A stretch of 63,990 nucleotides of DNA, the filler included, from Dehalococcoidia bacterium (lineage in GTDB: Bacteria; Chloroflexota; Dehalococcoidia; DSTF01; JACRBR01): NCBI GenBank assembly GCA_041494685.1. It is 3 parts of 3 records of this genome, joined end to end, with 100 filler letters (N's around TTAATTAATTAA, not from the genome) between each part and the next. Parts side by side here need not be neighbours in the genome. Positions count along the whole stretch, not along the records: positions 1 to 22,694 come from JBGQBE010000053.1; 2 more parts are not named here. One strand, written 5' to 3'. How positions within the stretch are numbered: the stretch's first letter is position 1; each line of letters begins with the position of its first letter. The notes under the pieces were generated by a model. The model searched no databases and was not told the DNA's origin. It saw only the letters and a list, made by a program, of their open reading frames with translations. The translations under genes were made by a program, and so were the position numbers. Of the stretch, positions 1 to 8,534 are shown piece after piece.

Positions 1-480
1 CAGTTCGGCGCGAGCGGCGTCGTCTTCTTCCTCGCGACGTACGCCTTCACGAACCTGGGCGCGTTCTTCGCCGTCATGGCGATCTCGGCCCGCACCAACA
101 GCGACGAGATCGCCGACTACGCGGGCATGGGCCGCCGCGCGCCGGTCGCCGCCGCCGTGCTGACGTTCTGCCTGCTCTCGCTGACGGGCCTGCCGCCGAC
201 CGCCGGCTTCATCGCGAAGCTGTACATTTTCAACGCGGCGGTGCAGGCGCACCTGCTCTGGCTGGTCGTCATCGCGGTGCTGAACACCGTGGCATCGGCG
301 TTCTACTACATGGGCATCGCGCGGCAGATGTACAGCGGCACCGCCGAGGGCACGCCCGTGCTCTCTATCCCGCGCCAGACGCGCGCGCTGCTGATGCTTG
401 CCGCCGCCGGCGTCTTCGCCTTCGGCATCTACCCCATGCCCCTGATCGACGCCGCCCAGCGCGCCGTCAACGGCTTCTGA
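1..480 (+). CDS. nuoN: NADH-quinone oxidoreductase subunit N, 3' part (5' truncated by window)
   Basis: Frame is open from base 1 (QFGASGVVFFLATYAFTNLGAF...). Carries SLTGLPPTAGFIAKLYIF and VASAFYY motifs typical of NuoN. Confidence 0.9.
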   Translation, partial: QFGASGVVFFLATYAFTNLGAFFAVMAISARTNSDEIADYAGMGRRAPVAAAVLTFCLLSLTGLPPTAGFIAKLYIFNAAVQAHLLWLVVIAVLNTVASAFYYMGIARQMYSGTAEGTPVLSIPRQTRALLMLAAAGVFAFGIYPMPLIDAAQRAVNGF

Positions 481-498
481 AGGCGGCGCTGGCGCGCC

Positions 499-596
499 GC
501 AGAACCTGGAACCGAGAACCTATAGAGCCGCAAACCGTCGTAGTGTGAGTTCGCGCTCGCGCGGCAGGTTTCTAGGTTCTTAGTTCTTGGTTCTGC
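499..596. repeat. Inverted pair of AGAACC(N) heptamer arrays
   Basis: Left arm agaacct-ggaaccg-agaacct. Right arm read as reverse complement agaacca-agaacta-agaacct. Lies between convergent nuoN and ybeY. Confidence 0.8.
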
Positions 597-611
597 GCCG
601 CAACGCGGCGC

Positions 612-1073
612 TCAGTGGTGGTGCCCGCCGCCGCCGCCGAGGATCGTATCCTCCTGCAGGCGCATCGCAGCCTCGTCCTCGGGCTGCTCGTGGTCGTAGC
701 CCAGCAGGTGCAGGATGCCGTGTACCAGCAGGTGCGATACCTCGTCCTGCAGCTCCAGCCTGTACTCTGCCGCCTGTCGCTTCGCCGTATCGACGCTGAT
801 CACCACGTCGCCCAGGTGCGCCGGCGCGCCCTCGGGCTGCGCGAAGTCGCCGCCCTCGCGCTGCGCGAACGAGAGCACGTCCGTGGGGGCGTCCGTGTCG
901 CGGTAGGTGCGGTTCAGCTCGCGCACGGTCGGGTCGTCCGCGAGCAGGACGCTCAGCTCCGCCGGCTGCGCCACCGCCTCGATCTCGAGCGCGCGCGTCG
1001 CCAGCCGCTCCAACTCGTGCGTGTCGATGCCGGTCGTGTCGACTTCGGCTTGCAGTTCGATAAGGTAGTGCAT
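612..1073 (-). CDS. ybeY: rRNA maturation endoribonuclease YbeY
   Basis: ELNRTYR..D.PTDVLSF, LGDVVIS and HGILHLLGYDH motifs. Start set at ATG 1073 (MHYLIEL). Confidence 0.93.
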   Translation of the reverse strand: MHYLIELQAEVDTTGIDTHELERLATRALEIEAVAQPAELSVLLADDPTVRELNRTYRDTDAPTDVLSFAQREGGDFAQPEGAPAHLGDVVISVDTAKRQAAEYRLELQDEVSHLLVHGILHLLGYDHEQPEDEAAMRLQEDTILGGGGGHHH

Positions 1074-1158
1074 CGTGTGGTCGCCTGGTGATTGGTGACT
1101 GGTGTTCCGGACGGATGATACACCGCCGATGGCGGGGCCACAGGAGTCGTTCGGCGCG

Positions 1159-3039
1159 CTATTGCGCTGCGCGCCGCAGCGCTGCCGCGAGCCCCGTGAT
1201 CCGTGCGGTGCTGTCGCGCAGGCCGCCGGGGCGGTTGCGCGCGAGCCAGAGGCGCTCGTACTCCGGCACCGCCGCGTCCAGCCGCTTCGCCGCGCGCTTG
1301 TACGCGGCGCCCACGCGCGACGCCCCCGCGCCGCTGACGCGGGCCTGCTTCGCCGCGCCGATCGCCGCGCCGATGCTCGCCATCTCGACAGCGCAGGCGT
1401 ACTCGTCCGCGATCTGCTGCGCGTCCGGCCGCCGCATACGCGCCGCGTCGAGCCGGGCGAGCGTGCCGGCGAGGTCGGCGCTGGTATCCTCGAAGCCGCC
1501 CGGGCGGACGCGGTGCAGCGGCCAGTCGCTCTCCAGCGGCAGAACGTACATCTGCGCGAGCAGCGTGCCGTTGCGTGACCGCGCGCCGTTGACCTGGTAG
1601 GCGTTGCCCAGGTCGTAGGCGACGCGGCCCGTGACGCCGGACGGGTCATCGAACGCGTGCGTGCTCAGCGCCGCCGCGACATCCATGCCCGCGCTGCGGG
1701 ACGGCGACCACGCCATCGAGGCCCCGTACAGGAAGCCGAGGTACGACACGGGCAGCGGCTGCATGTGGCCGCCGTCGCCCCAGTCGGTGTTCAGCAGGCC
1801 GACGGCGCCGCGCTTGCGGCCGTTCGTCGCCGCGCTGCGGATGTTCTCCATGGCGTTGTCGGTGCGCCCGATCAGCGAGATCCACGAGCCGGTGCCGGGG
1901 CACACGTAGTACGGCAGGCCGGCCGCGCGGAACGCCTTCGTGTCGGCGTCGTACGGGTGGTCGGCCTCGTAGCCCCACTCCAGCGCCGTCACGTCGCGCG
2001 GCACCTCGGCGATCAGCTCCGGGTGCTGCATGATGATGTCGCCCCAGAACATCATCCGCCGCCCGTGCTTCTGCGAGAGCGCGTGAAGCTTCAGCAGGTA
2101 GTCGAGGTAGACGCGGCCGGCGCCGCGCTGCCGGCACTCGCGCTTGCTCTTGCCCTGTCCCAGCTCCCACGTCTCGTCGCAGCCGACGTTGAGCGAGCCG
2201 CTGCTGAAGTGCGGCAGCAGCTCCGCGTACAGCCCGTCGATCAGCGCGATCGAGCGCGGGTCGGAGGGGTCGAGCGTCGTCGGGAACTTCGCGGGGCGCA
2301 CGAGCAGCATCCTGCCGTGCGCGAGCGGCGTGCCGCCGGGCACCTCCGCCAGGTCTGCGTAGTCTTTGCGGATCAGCCAGCGCTCCATATGGCCGAAGCT
2401 GTTCTGGTTCGGCACCAGTTCGATGTGGCGCTCGCGGCAATAGGCGTCGAGCGCCAGAACCTCCTCGCCGGTGACGGGCGAGGCGTCCTTCCAGACAGCG
2501 CGGTGGCGGTCGTACGCGAAGGTGTGCTCCATGTAGAGCTGGAACTGGTTGACCTTCCACTCGGCCAGCATGTCCACCAGGCCGTAGAGCGTCGCCATCG
2601 ACGGCACCTTGTCGCGGCTGATGTCCAGCATGACGCCGCGGTGCGCGAACTCCGGGTGGTCTTTGATGTGGAGGCGCGGCAGCCGCCGGCCGAAGCGCCG
2701 CACGAGCTGCGTCAGCGTCGCGAAGCCGTAGGCGAGGCCCGCCGCGTCGCGCGCCACGATGCCGATCCGCTCCTCGCCGATCGTCAGGTGGTAGCCCTCG
2801 CGCTTCTCGACTTTGCGGTCGATCGTGGCGACGACGCCCTCGCGCTCGGCGAGGCCGGGCGCGGCGCGCAACTCCCAGCGCGCGCCCGCGTAGCGCTCGA
2901 TCGCGTCGCGCAGCGTGCGGGCAGCGGTGAGCGCGCCGGCCGCTTCGCCGTGGAGGACGATCGCGCGGTCCTTCGCGAGCGTGTGCCAGCCGCCCGTGAG
3001 GTCGACGTGTTGCGGTACGGGTGCGAGTTGTAGGTCCAT
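1159..3039 (-). CDS. Glycoside hydrolase family 20 (beta-N-acetylhexosaminidase-like), no obvious signal peptide
   Basis: HRGVMLDISRDKVP, ELVPNQNSFGH, catalytic NVGCDE, MMFWGD and TDWGDGGH motifs. Start set at ATG 3039. Confidence 0.85.
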   Translation of the reverse strand: MDLQLAPVPQHVDLTGGWHTLAKDRAIVLHGEAAGALTAARTLRDAIERYAGARWELRAAPGLAEREGVVATIDRKVEKREGYHLTIGEERIGIVARDAAGLAYGFATLTQLVRRFGRRLPRLHIKDHPEFAHRGVMLDISRDKVPSMATLYGLVDMLAEWKVNQFQLYMEHTFAYDRHRAVWKDASPVTGEEVLALDAYCRERHIELVPNQNSFGHMERWLIRKDYADLAEVPGGTPLAHGRMLLVRPAKFPTTLDPSDPRSIALIDGLYAELLPHFSSGSLNVGCDETWELGQGKSKRECRQRGAGRVYLDYLLKLHALSQKHGRRMMFWGDIIMQHPELIAEVPRDVTALEWGYEADHPYDADTKAFRAAGLPYYVCPGTGSWISLIGRTDNAMENIRSAATNGRKRGAVGLLNTDWGDGGHMQPLPVSYLGFLYGASMAWSPSRSAGMDVAAALSTHAFDDPSGVTGRVAYDLGNAYQVNGARSRNGTLLAQMYVLPLESDWPLHRVRPGGFEDTSADLAGTLARLDAARMRRPDAQQIADEYACAVEMASIGAAIGAAKQARVSGAGASRVGAAYKRAAKRLDAAVPEYERLWLARNRPGGLRDSTARITGLAAALRRAAQ

Positions 3040-3047
3040 GGAGTACT

Positions 3048-3129
3048 CAGTTGGTAGTGGGTAGTTGGTGGTTCGCCGGTCGCCTTGCAAGCGTACTACA
3101 AACTACCGACTACGAACTCCTAACTACCC
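3048..3129. repeat. Inverted pair of ACTAC(NN)/GTAGT heptamer arrays
   Basis: cagttgg-tagtggg-tagttgg-tggttcg faces actacaa-actaccg-actacga-actccta-actaccc. Confidence 0.75.
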
Positions 3130-3741
3130 TCACACGTCCTGCCGGTTCTCGAGCGCGCGGGAGAGCGTGACGTCGTCGGCGTACTCCAGGTCGCTGCCCA
3201 TCGGCAGGCCGCGGGCGAGGCGGGTGACGCGCACGCCGAGCGGCGTCAGCAGGCGGCTGATGTACATGGACGTCGCCTCGCCCTCCAGGTTGGGGTTGGT
3301 GGCCATAATCACCTCGCTGACGGCGCCGCTGCGCAGGCGGCCCAGCAGCTCGTTCACCTTCAGGTCGTCGGGGCCGACGCCGTCCATCGGCGAGATGACG
3401 CCGTGCAGCACGTGGTAGAGGCCGTGGAAGCCGCGCGTACGCTCGACGGCGAGGATGTCGAGCGGTTCCTCGACGACGCAGATCACCGTGCGGTCGCGGC
3501 CGTCGTCGCGGCAGATATTGCAGGGGTCGCTCTCAGTGACGTTCTGGCAGACGGAGCAGAGCACCGTGCGCTCCTTCAACTCCGTGATCGCCTGGGCGAG
3601 CGCGAGCGCCTCCTCCGGCGGGATGCGCAGCAGGTGATAGGTGAGCCGCTGCGCGCTCTTCGGGCCGATGCCGGGGAGCTTGTGGAACTCTTCGATCAGC
3701 CGCGCGACGGGGGCGGGGGCGGCGCCAAGGGAATCGGTCAT
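3130..3741 (-). CDS. recR: Recombination mediator RecR
   Basis: LPGIGPKSAQRL HhH, CSVC..C..C zinc finger, YHVLHG and ATNPNLEGEAT Toprim motifs. Confidence 0.97.
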   Translation of the reverse strand: MTDSLGAAPAPVARLIEEFHKLPGIGPKSAQRLTYHLLRIPPEEALALAQAITELKERTVLCSVCQNVTESDPCNICRDDGRDRTVICVVEEPLDILAVERTRGFHGLYHVLHGVISPMDGVGPDDLKVNELLGRLRSGAVSEVIMATNPNLEGEATSMYISRLLTPLGVRVTRLARGLPMGSDLEYADDVTLSRALENRQDV

Positions 3742-3750
3742 GGTGGGAAC

Positions 3751-3819
3751 GTCTACGGTCTACGGTTTACGGACTGACGATGGCCATACAGTTCACTGTG
3801 CACTGTGCACCGCGAACTA
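3751..3819. repeat. Two short heptamer arrays (GTCTACG x3; TGCACTG x3-4)
   Basis: 7-nt periodicity read directly. The second array ends in the ybaB stop codon. Confidence 0.65.
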
Positions 3820-4137
3820 CTTCACTCCTGGGATGCCGCCGATTCCGAGGCTGCCGGCGAGACCCGCGAGCTGGCCCATCTGCATCGACTGCACCTTCGC
3901 CAGCACTTCGTTCAGCGCGGCAGTGAGCAGGTCCTCGAGCATCTCGACGTCGCTCGGGTCCACGACCTCCTTGTCGAGCTTCAGCGACGCGACCTGCATG
4001 CCGCCGGTCAGCACGATGTGGACGGCGCCGCCGCCGGCGGTGCCCTCCGCCGTCTTCTCGGCGAGATCGGCCTGCGCCTTCTGGAGCTGCTGCCCCATCT
4101 GCGCGATCTTCGCCATCATGTCGCGGTTCATTGCCAT
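3817..4137 (-). CDS. ybaB: YbaB/EbfC nucleoid-associated protein
   Basis: EGTAGGGAV and DPSDVEMLEDLLTAALNE motifs. Conserved dnaX-ybaB-recR order. Confidence 0.93.
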   Translation of the reverse strand: MAMNRDMMAKIAQMGQQLQKAQADLAEKTAEGTAGGGAVHIVLTGGMQVASLKLDKEVVDPSDVEMLEDLLTAALNEVLAKVQSMQMGQLAGLAGSLGIGGIPGVK

Positions 4138-4139
4138 GG

Positions 4140-5909
4140 CTACAGCTCCTCGTCTTCTGTCACGATGGTGGCGCCGTGGGCCTGCACGGCGTGCTGCACG
4201 AGCGGGCTCTTGCTCAGCGGCTTCGCCGGCCGTGCAGCAATGATACACCGGATCGAAACCGGCGCCCCCATGATCTGCGCGGCCAGCTCCTCGTAGATGC
4301 GGCGGTTCGCGCTTTCTTCGACGCCCTTCTTGTGGAACTTGTCTTCGAAGAATCCCAGCGTCAACACGCCGTCCTGCCACGAGACGGCCTCGCACGATCC
4401 GTTGAGCAGCGCGTCGAGCTTGACGCTGCGCGGCCGGGCCGCCTGCCGGAGTTGCTGCACGATCGTCGAGAGATCGGCGCCGGACGACGGCGCGGTGCCG
4501 GGCAGCGGTGCGGCGACGGTCGCGGGCGGTTCGACGGTCGCGGGCGCGGCGGTCTCCTCCGGCACGTCCGGCGCGGGCGGGATGACCGGCGCCTTGCTGC
4601 CAAGCATCGCGGCGATGTCCTCGGCTGACGCGTTGGTGAGGTCCTTGCGCAGGTCCGAGGGGACGCGCTCGCGCGACGCGGGCGCCGGCGGCGGCGCGCT
4701 GCTCCGGGGCGGCGCGGTGCGCCCCGACGCTGCGGGACGCGGCGGCGGTGCTGCCGGGCGCGGCATCGGTGGCGCGGGCTCGCGCGCGGCGGTGGTAGTG
4801 GCCGCGGCTACCGGCGCGACGGTCGCGTCGGCGAGCGCCAGCTCGAGCGGCAGCGGCGACAGCGGGTCGCCGCGCAGGTCGGCCTGGCCGAACGCCCGCA
4901 GCGCCTGCACCAGCTTCACGGGCGCCACGCCTTCCACGAGCTGGCGCATCTCGGCGACCTCTTCCGTGGTCCAGGCCGCGTCCGTCTCCGCGCCCGACTG
5001 CACGAGCAGCAGTTCGCGCAACCGCTGCACCACCTCGCGCTGGAACTGGCGCAGGTCCAGGCCGTCGTCGCGCACCGAGCCGATCGTGCCGAGGCCGCCC
5101 GCGAGATCGCCGCGCAGTGCCTGCTGCGCGAGCAGGGCGGCGCGTTCGTCGCCGACGAGGCCGAGGCCTTCGCGGACGGCTTCCAGCGACGCGTCCTTGC
5201 CGTAGGAGTCGCAGACCTGCTCCAGCAGGTTGATGGCGTCGCGTAGCGAGCCGGTGGCCGTGCGCGCGATCAGCTCCAGCCCGTCGCGCGGCACGGTGAT
5301 GCCTTCCTCCGAGGCGATGTACTCCAGCCGGTCGACGATCGCCGCGAGGCGGATGCGCTTGAACTCGAGCCGCTGGCAGCGCGAGACGATCGTCGCCGGC
5401 ACCTTGTGCGAGTCGGTGGTCGCCAGGATGAAGATGACGTGCGGAGGCGGCTCTTCCAGCGTCTTCAACAGCGCGTTGAACGCCGGATCCGTGAGCATGT
5501 GCACCTCGTCGATGAGGTACACCTTGTGTGCTTCCGCGCCGCCCATCGGCATGTAATTCGTCGCCTCGCGCAGCGAGCGGATGTCGTCGATGCCGCGGTT
5601 GCTTGCGCCGTCCATCTCGATAAGGTCCAGCGCGCTGCCGGTGCCGAACGCGCGGCACGACGCGCATTGGCCGCACGGCTCGCCGTCGCTGCCCTTCGCG
5701 CCGGGCGCGTTGCGCTCGCAGTTGAGGGCCTTCGCAAGGAGGCGGGCGGTGGTGGTCTTGCCGGTGCCGCGCGGCCCGGCGAACAGGTAGGCGTGGGAGA
5801 CCTTGTGCGCCGACAGCGCGTTGATCAGCGTACGCGTGAGGAACTCTTGCCCCGCCACGTCGGCGAAGCGCTGCGGGCGCCACTTGCGATAGAGGACTTC
5901 GGCCGGCAT
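4140..5909 (-). CDS. dnaX: DNA polymerase III subunit gamma/tau
   Basis: LYRKWRPQRF, GPRGTGKTT, IDEVHML, FNALLKTLEEPP and SRC motifs. Confidence 0.97.
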   Translation of the reverse strand: MPAEVLYRKWRPQRFADVAGQEFLTRTLINALSAHKVSHAYLFAGPRGTGKTTTARLLAKALNCERNAPGAKGSDGEPCGQCASCRAFGTGSALDLIEMDGASNRGIDDIRSLREATNYMPMGGAEAHKVYLIDEVHMLTDPAFNALLKTLEEPPPHVIFILATTDSHKVPATIVSRCQRLEFKRIRLAAIVDRLEYIASEEGITVPRDGLELIARTATGSLRDAINLLEQVCDSYGKDASLEAVREGLGLVGDERAALLAQQALRGDLAGGLGTIGSVRDDGLDLRQFQREVVQRLRELLLVQSGAETDAAWTTEEVAEMRQLVEGVAPVKLVQALRAFGQADLRGDPLSPLPLELALADATVAPVAAATTTAAREPAPPMPRPAAPPPRPAASGRTAPPRSSAPPPAPASRERVPSDLRKDLTNASAEDIAAMLGSKAPVIPPAPDVPEETAAPATVEPPATVAAPLPGTAPSSGADLSTIVQQLRQAARPRSVKLDALLNGSCEAVSWQDGVLTLGFFEDKFHKKGVEESANRRIYEELAAQIMGAPVSIRCIIAARPAKPLSKSPLVQHAVQAHGATIVTEDEEL

Positions 5910-6056
5910 CCGGGATTCGATCCTTCGATTTGTCTGGAGGCGGCGACAGTATAGCGGGCGTCCCCGCTATGCGGCGCGCTGGTCGCCGGTCGCGGGGGTA
6001 CGTGCCGCGGCACGTGACACGTTATTGGCGTCGGACGCGGGAGCGCACGACGGAGG

Positions 6057-7463
6057 CTACGCCGCCGCTTGCAGCCTTTCCTGCCCGAAGGACGCCAGGA
6101 ACGCCTCGACGCAGCGCTCGTCGAGTTCGACGCCGCTGACGCGGTGCAGTTCCGCTACGGCGTCGTCGTGGCTGAGCGCGGCGCGGTACGGGCGGGTGGA
6201 CGTCATGGCGTCGTAGCTGTCCGCGACGCCAATGATCCGCGCGAGCAGCGGGATCTCGTCGCCCGCGAGGCCGTCGGGGTAGCCGCGGCCGTTGAGGCGC
6301 TCATGGTGGGCGCGGATCACGGGCGCCAGCTCTTGCAGCGCGCGGACGCGGCCGGCGATGCCCGCGCCGCGGGTGGTGTGCCGCTTGATCTCGGCGAACT
6401 CGGCGGCGGTGAGCGGGCCGGGCTTCAGCAGGATCGCGTCAGGCACGCCGATCTTGCCGACGTCGTGCATCTGCGCCGCCAGCACGAGCGCACGCAGTTC
6501 GGTCGCACCGAGACCCAGTCCGCGGCCGATGCGCAGCGCGTAGGCGGCCACCCGGCTGACGTGGCCGAGCGTCGCGGCGTCCTTCACCTCGATCGCGTCG
6601 AGGAGTTCCAGCAGATGCTTCTCGCGGCCGCGGTTGAGCTGCGCCAGGGCGTCGCGCATCGAGAGCGCGTCGGCGATCGCGTTCAGCGATCCGGCGCGCC
6701 GTACTTCGATCGCCCAGCTGGCGAACAGCACGGCGAAGGCGCCCGCGTACGCGGCGTGGTACATCCACCACGAGAGGTGCCAGAGCGTGCCCCAGAGCAT
6801 CATCACGGGCACTTCCATCAGCAGCACCAGCGCCACGACGATTGCCGCCTGCGACGGGAGCCGCGCGAAGAGATACGCCTGCGCGTAGCGCCACGCACCG
6901 AAAGCGAAGAGTGAGATCGAAGCGATGCCCAGCACGTACTGGATGCGGCGGTCGTCCGACGGGATGAAGTCCAGCCAGTTCTCGTGCGAGAAGCTCATGA
7001 TGATGTAGGCGCCCACGACCAGCGTCGTCCAGGCGAAGATGACGCCGCCGCCGCGCCGCACGGCGCGGTCAAGCGGGTCCGGCAGATCGACCGCGCTGAG
7101 CGCCACGAAGATCGCGCCGGCCGCGATGCTGATCCATGCCGACGCGCCGACCGAGGAGTAGAACTCGTCGGCGAAGAAGCCGGGCGTCATCAGGCCATGT
7201 ACCGCAAAGATGCCGGAGATCGAGACGAACGCCAGCGCCAGGAAGAGCAGCCGCGTCTCCCGCAACGTTCGCGCCGAGGCGATTACCAGGACGCAGGCGA
7301 CGGCCGCCGCGAGCGCCGTGCCGCTGACGATCCAGAAGTGCGCGGCGAACTGCGTCAGGTTCGGATCGAGGTCGGGATTCGCGACGAACACGGCCATCGC
7401 GACCGGCGGCGCCGCCACTGCCGCGAGTCCGAGGCCGATGAGGATACGACGCAGGGTCGCCAT
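6057..7463 (-). CDS. Multi-TM HD-GYP domain protein (putative c-di-GMP phosphodiesterase)
   Basis: About 8 hydrophobic segments, then HDVGKIG and HHERLNGRGYPDGL. GGAGG RBS upstream. Confidence 0.88.
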   Translation of the reverse strand: MATLRRILIGLGLAAVAAPPVAMAVFVANPDLDPNLTQFAAHFWIVSGTALAAAVACVLVIASARTLRETRLLFLALAFVSISGIFAVHGLMTPGFFADEFYSSVGASAWISIAAGAIFVALSAVDLPDPLDRAVRRGGGVIFAWTTLVVGAYIIMSFSHENWLDFIPSDDRRIQYVLGIASISLFAFGAWRYAQAYLFARLPSQAAIVVALVLLMEVPVMMLWGTLWHLSWWMYHAAYAGAFAVLFASWAIEVRRAGSLNAIADALSMRDALAQLNRGREKHLLELLDAIEVKDAATLGHVSRVAAYALRIGRGLGLGATELRALVLAAQMHDVGKIGVPDAILLKPGPLTAAEFAEIKRHTTRGAGIAGRVRALQELAPVIRAHHERLNGRGYPDGLAGDEIPLLARIIGVADSYDAMTSTRPYRAALSHDDAVAELHRVSGVELDERCVEAFLASFGQERLQAAA

Positions 7464-7480
7464 GGGCTGCCTCCACGGTA

Positions 7481-7508
7481 GTATCGGCCGGCGGTGGTGC
7501 GGGATTCA
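7481..7508 (-). promoter_or_regulatory. Candidate sigma-28 (FliA/WhiG/SigD)-type promoter
   Basis: Minus strand TGAA-N16-GCCGATAC just upstream of the HD-GYP RBS. Compare the consensus TAAA-N15/16-GCCGATAW. Confidence 0.5.
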
Positions 7509-7700
7509 TTCAGTGTGTGCAGGATTCAATAACCAATCGCCGGTGCGAGGCGACTCCCGGCCCGTCACCCGCCCTGGGTGCCAGCACCCGCGCGAGGTGT
7601 GACGGCCCGGCCATGCTCGCGCGAACAGACCTGCGATGAAGCTGCCCGTCCGGCTCGCACGACGGAGGATCGGGCTGTATCCTCGTCGGAGGAGGGGCGG

Positions 7701-8534
7701 ATGGCGATCAAGACCGTACTGTTCGACCTGGGCGACACGCTCTGGCACTTCCCGGAGATGCCGCCCGCGATGGAGATCCGCACGCAGACGATGCGTCGCA
7801 TCGGCGGCGCGCTGTCGGCGTGGGGCGTGCCGCTCGAGGGCGACCTCCGCTTCCTCGGCCGCGAGATCCGCCTCGGTGTCGAACGGGCGGACCGTGCCGC
7901 GTACGAGTCGACCTGCATCAGCCCGGACTTCAACGCCGTCGTGCGCGAGATTGCCGCTGGCATGGGGCTGCAGCTCTCGTACGAGCAGGCCGCGCAGCTA
8001 TGGGACGCCTGGAACCTCGGCGGCATCACGCTGGGCCGCACGATGTATCCGGACGCCTTCGAGGTGCTGGACTGGCTGCGTGACCACGGCATTCGCATCG
8101 GCTGCGTCACGAACCGCGTCTTCGGCGGGCCGCGCTTCGCGGAGGAGCTGCGGGAGCTGGGGCTGGACCGCTACTTCGATTCCACCGCCGTCTCCTGCGA
8201 CATGGGCTACATGAAGCCGCACCCGAAGATCTTCGAACACGTCTTCGGCGAGATGGGCATCGACCCGCGCGAGACCGCGATGGTGGGTGACTCGCTGCGC
8301 GCCGACGTGCAGGCGGCGCAGGCCCTCGGCATGACGGGTGTCTGGCGCTGCAAGGAGCAGAGGGATCCGCCGCACGAGGCGGAGCAGGTGGGCGAAGTAC
8401 CGGCGGATCTGCCCGCGACGCGGGCGCAGACCGGCCGCGCGCTGGGCGACTACGCCCACGCCGGGGATGTGACCCCGGATCACACGATCTACACGCTCCG
8501 TGAACTGACGGAGTTGCCGATCTTCGCACTATGA
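7701..8534 (+). CDS. HAD-family hydrolase
   Basis: FDLGDTL motif I, VTN, KPHPKIF and [10 protein letters not shown] motifs. GGAGG RBS before ATG 7701. Confidence 0.9.
   Translation: MAIKTVLFDLGDTLWHFPEMPPAMEIRTQTMRRIGGALSAWGVPLEGDLRFLGREIRLGVERADRAAYESTCISPDFNAVVREIAAGMGLQLSYEQAAQLWDAWNLGGITLGRTMYPDAFEVLDWLRDHGIRIGCVTNRVFGGPRFAEELRELGLDRYFDSTAVSCDMGYMKPHPKIFEHVFGEMGIDPRETAMVGDSLRADVQAAQALGMTGVWRCKEQRDPPHEAEQVGEVPADLPATRAQTGRALGDYAHAGDVTPDHTIYTLRELTELPIFAL

Noticed and set aside
4138..5883. 688-aa ORF ending in YbaB, suggesting a dnaX-ybaB frameshift fusion
   Set aside because: Off-frame shadow of dnaX. ybaB has its own RBS (GAGGAG) and ATG, and no A6G slippery site was seen.
5910..6056. SRP RNA or tRNA upstream of dnaX
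   Set aside because: No GGAA/GGAAGCAG SRP core and no cloverleaf. Only a short hairpin and a TATACT box are present.
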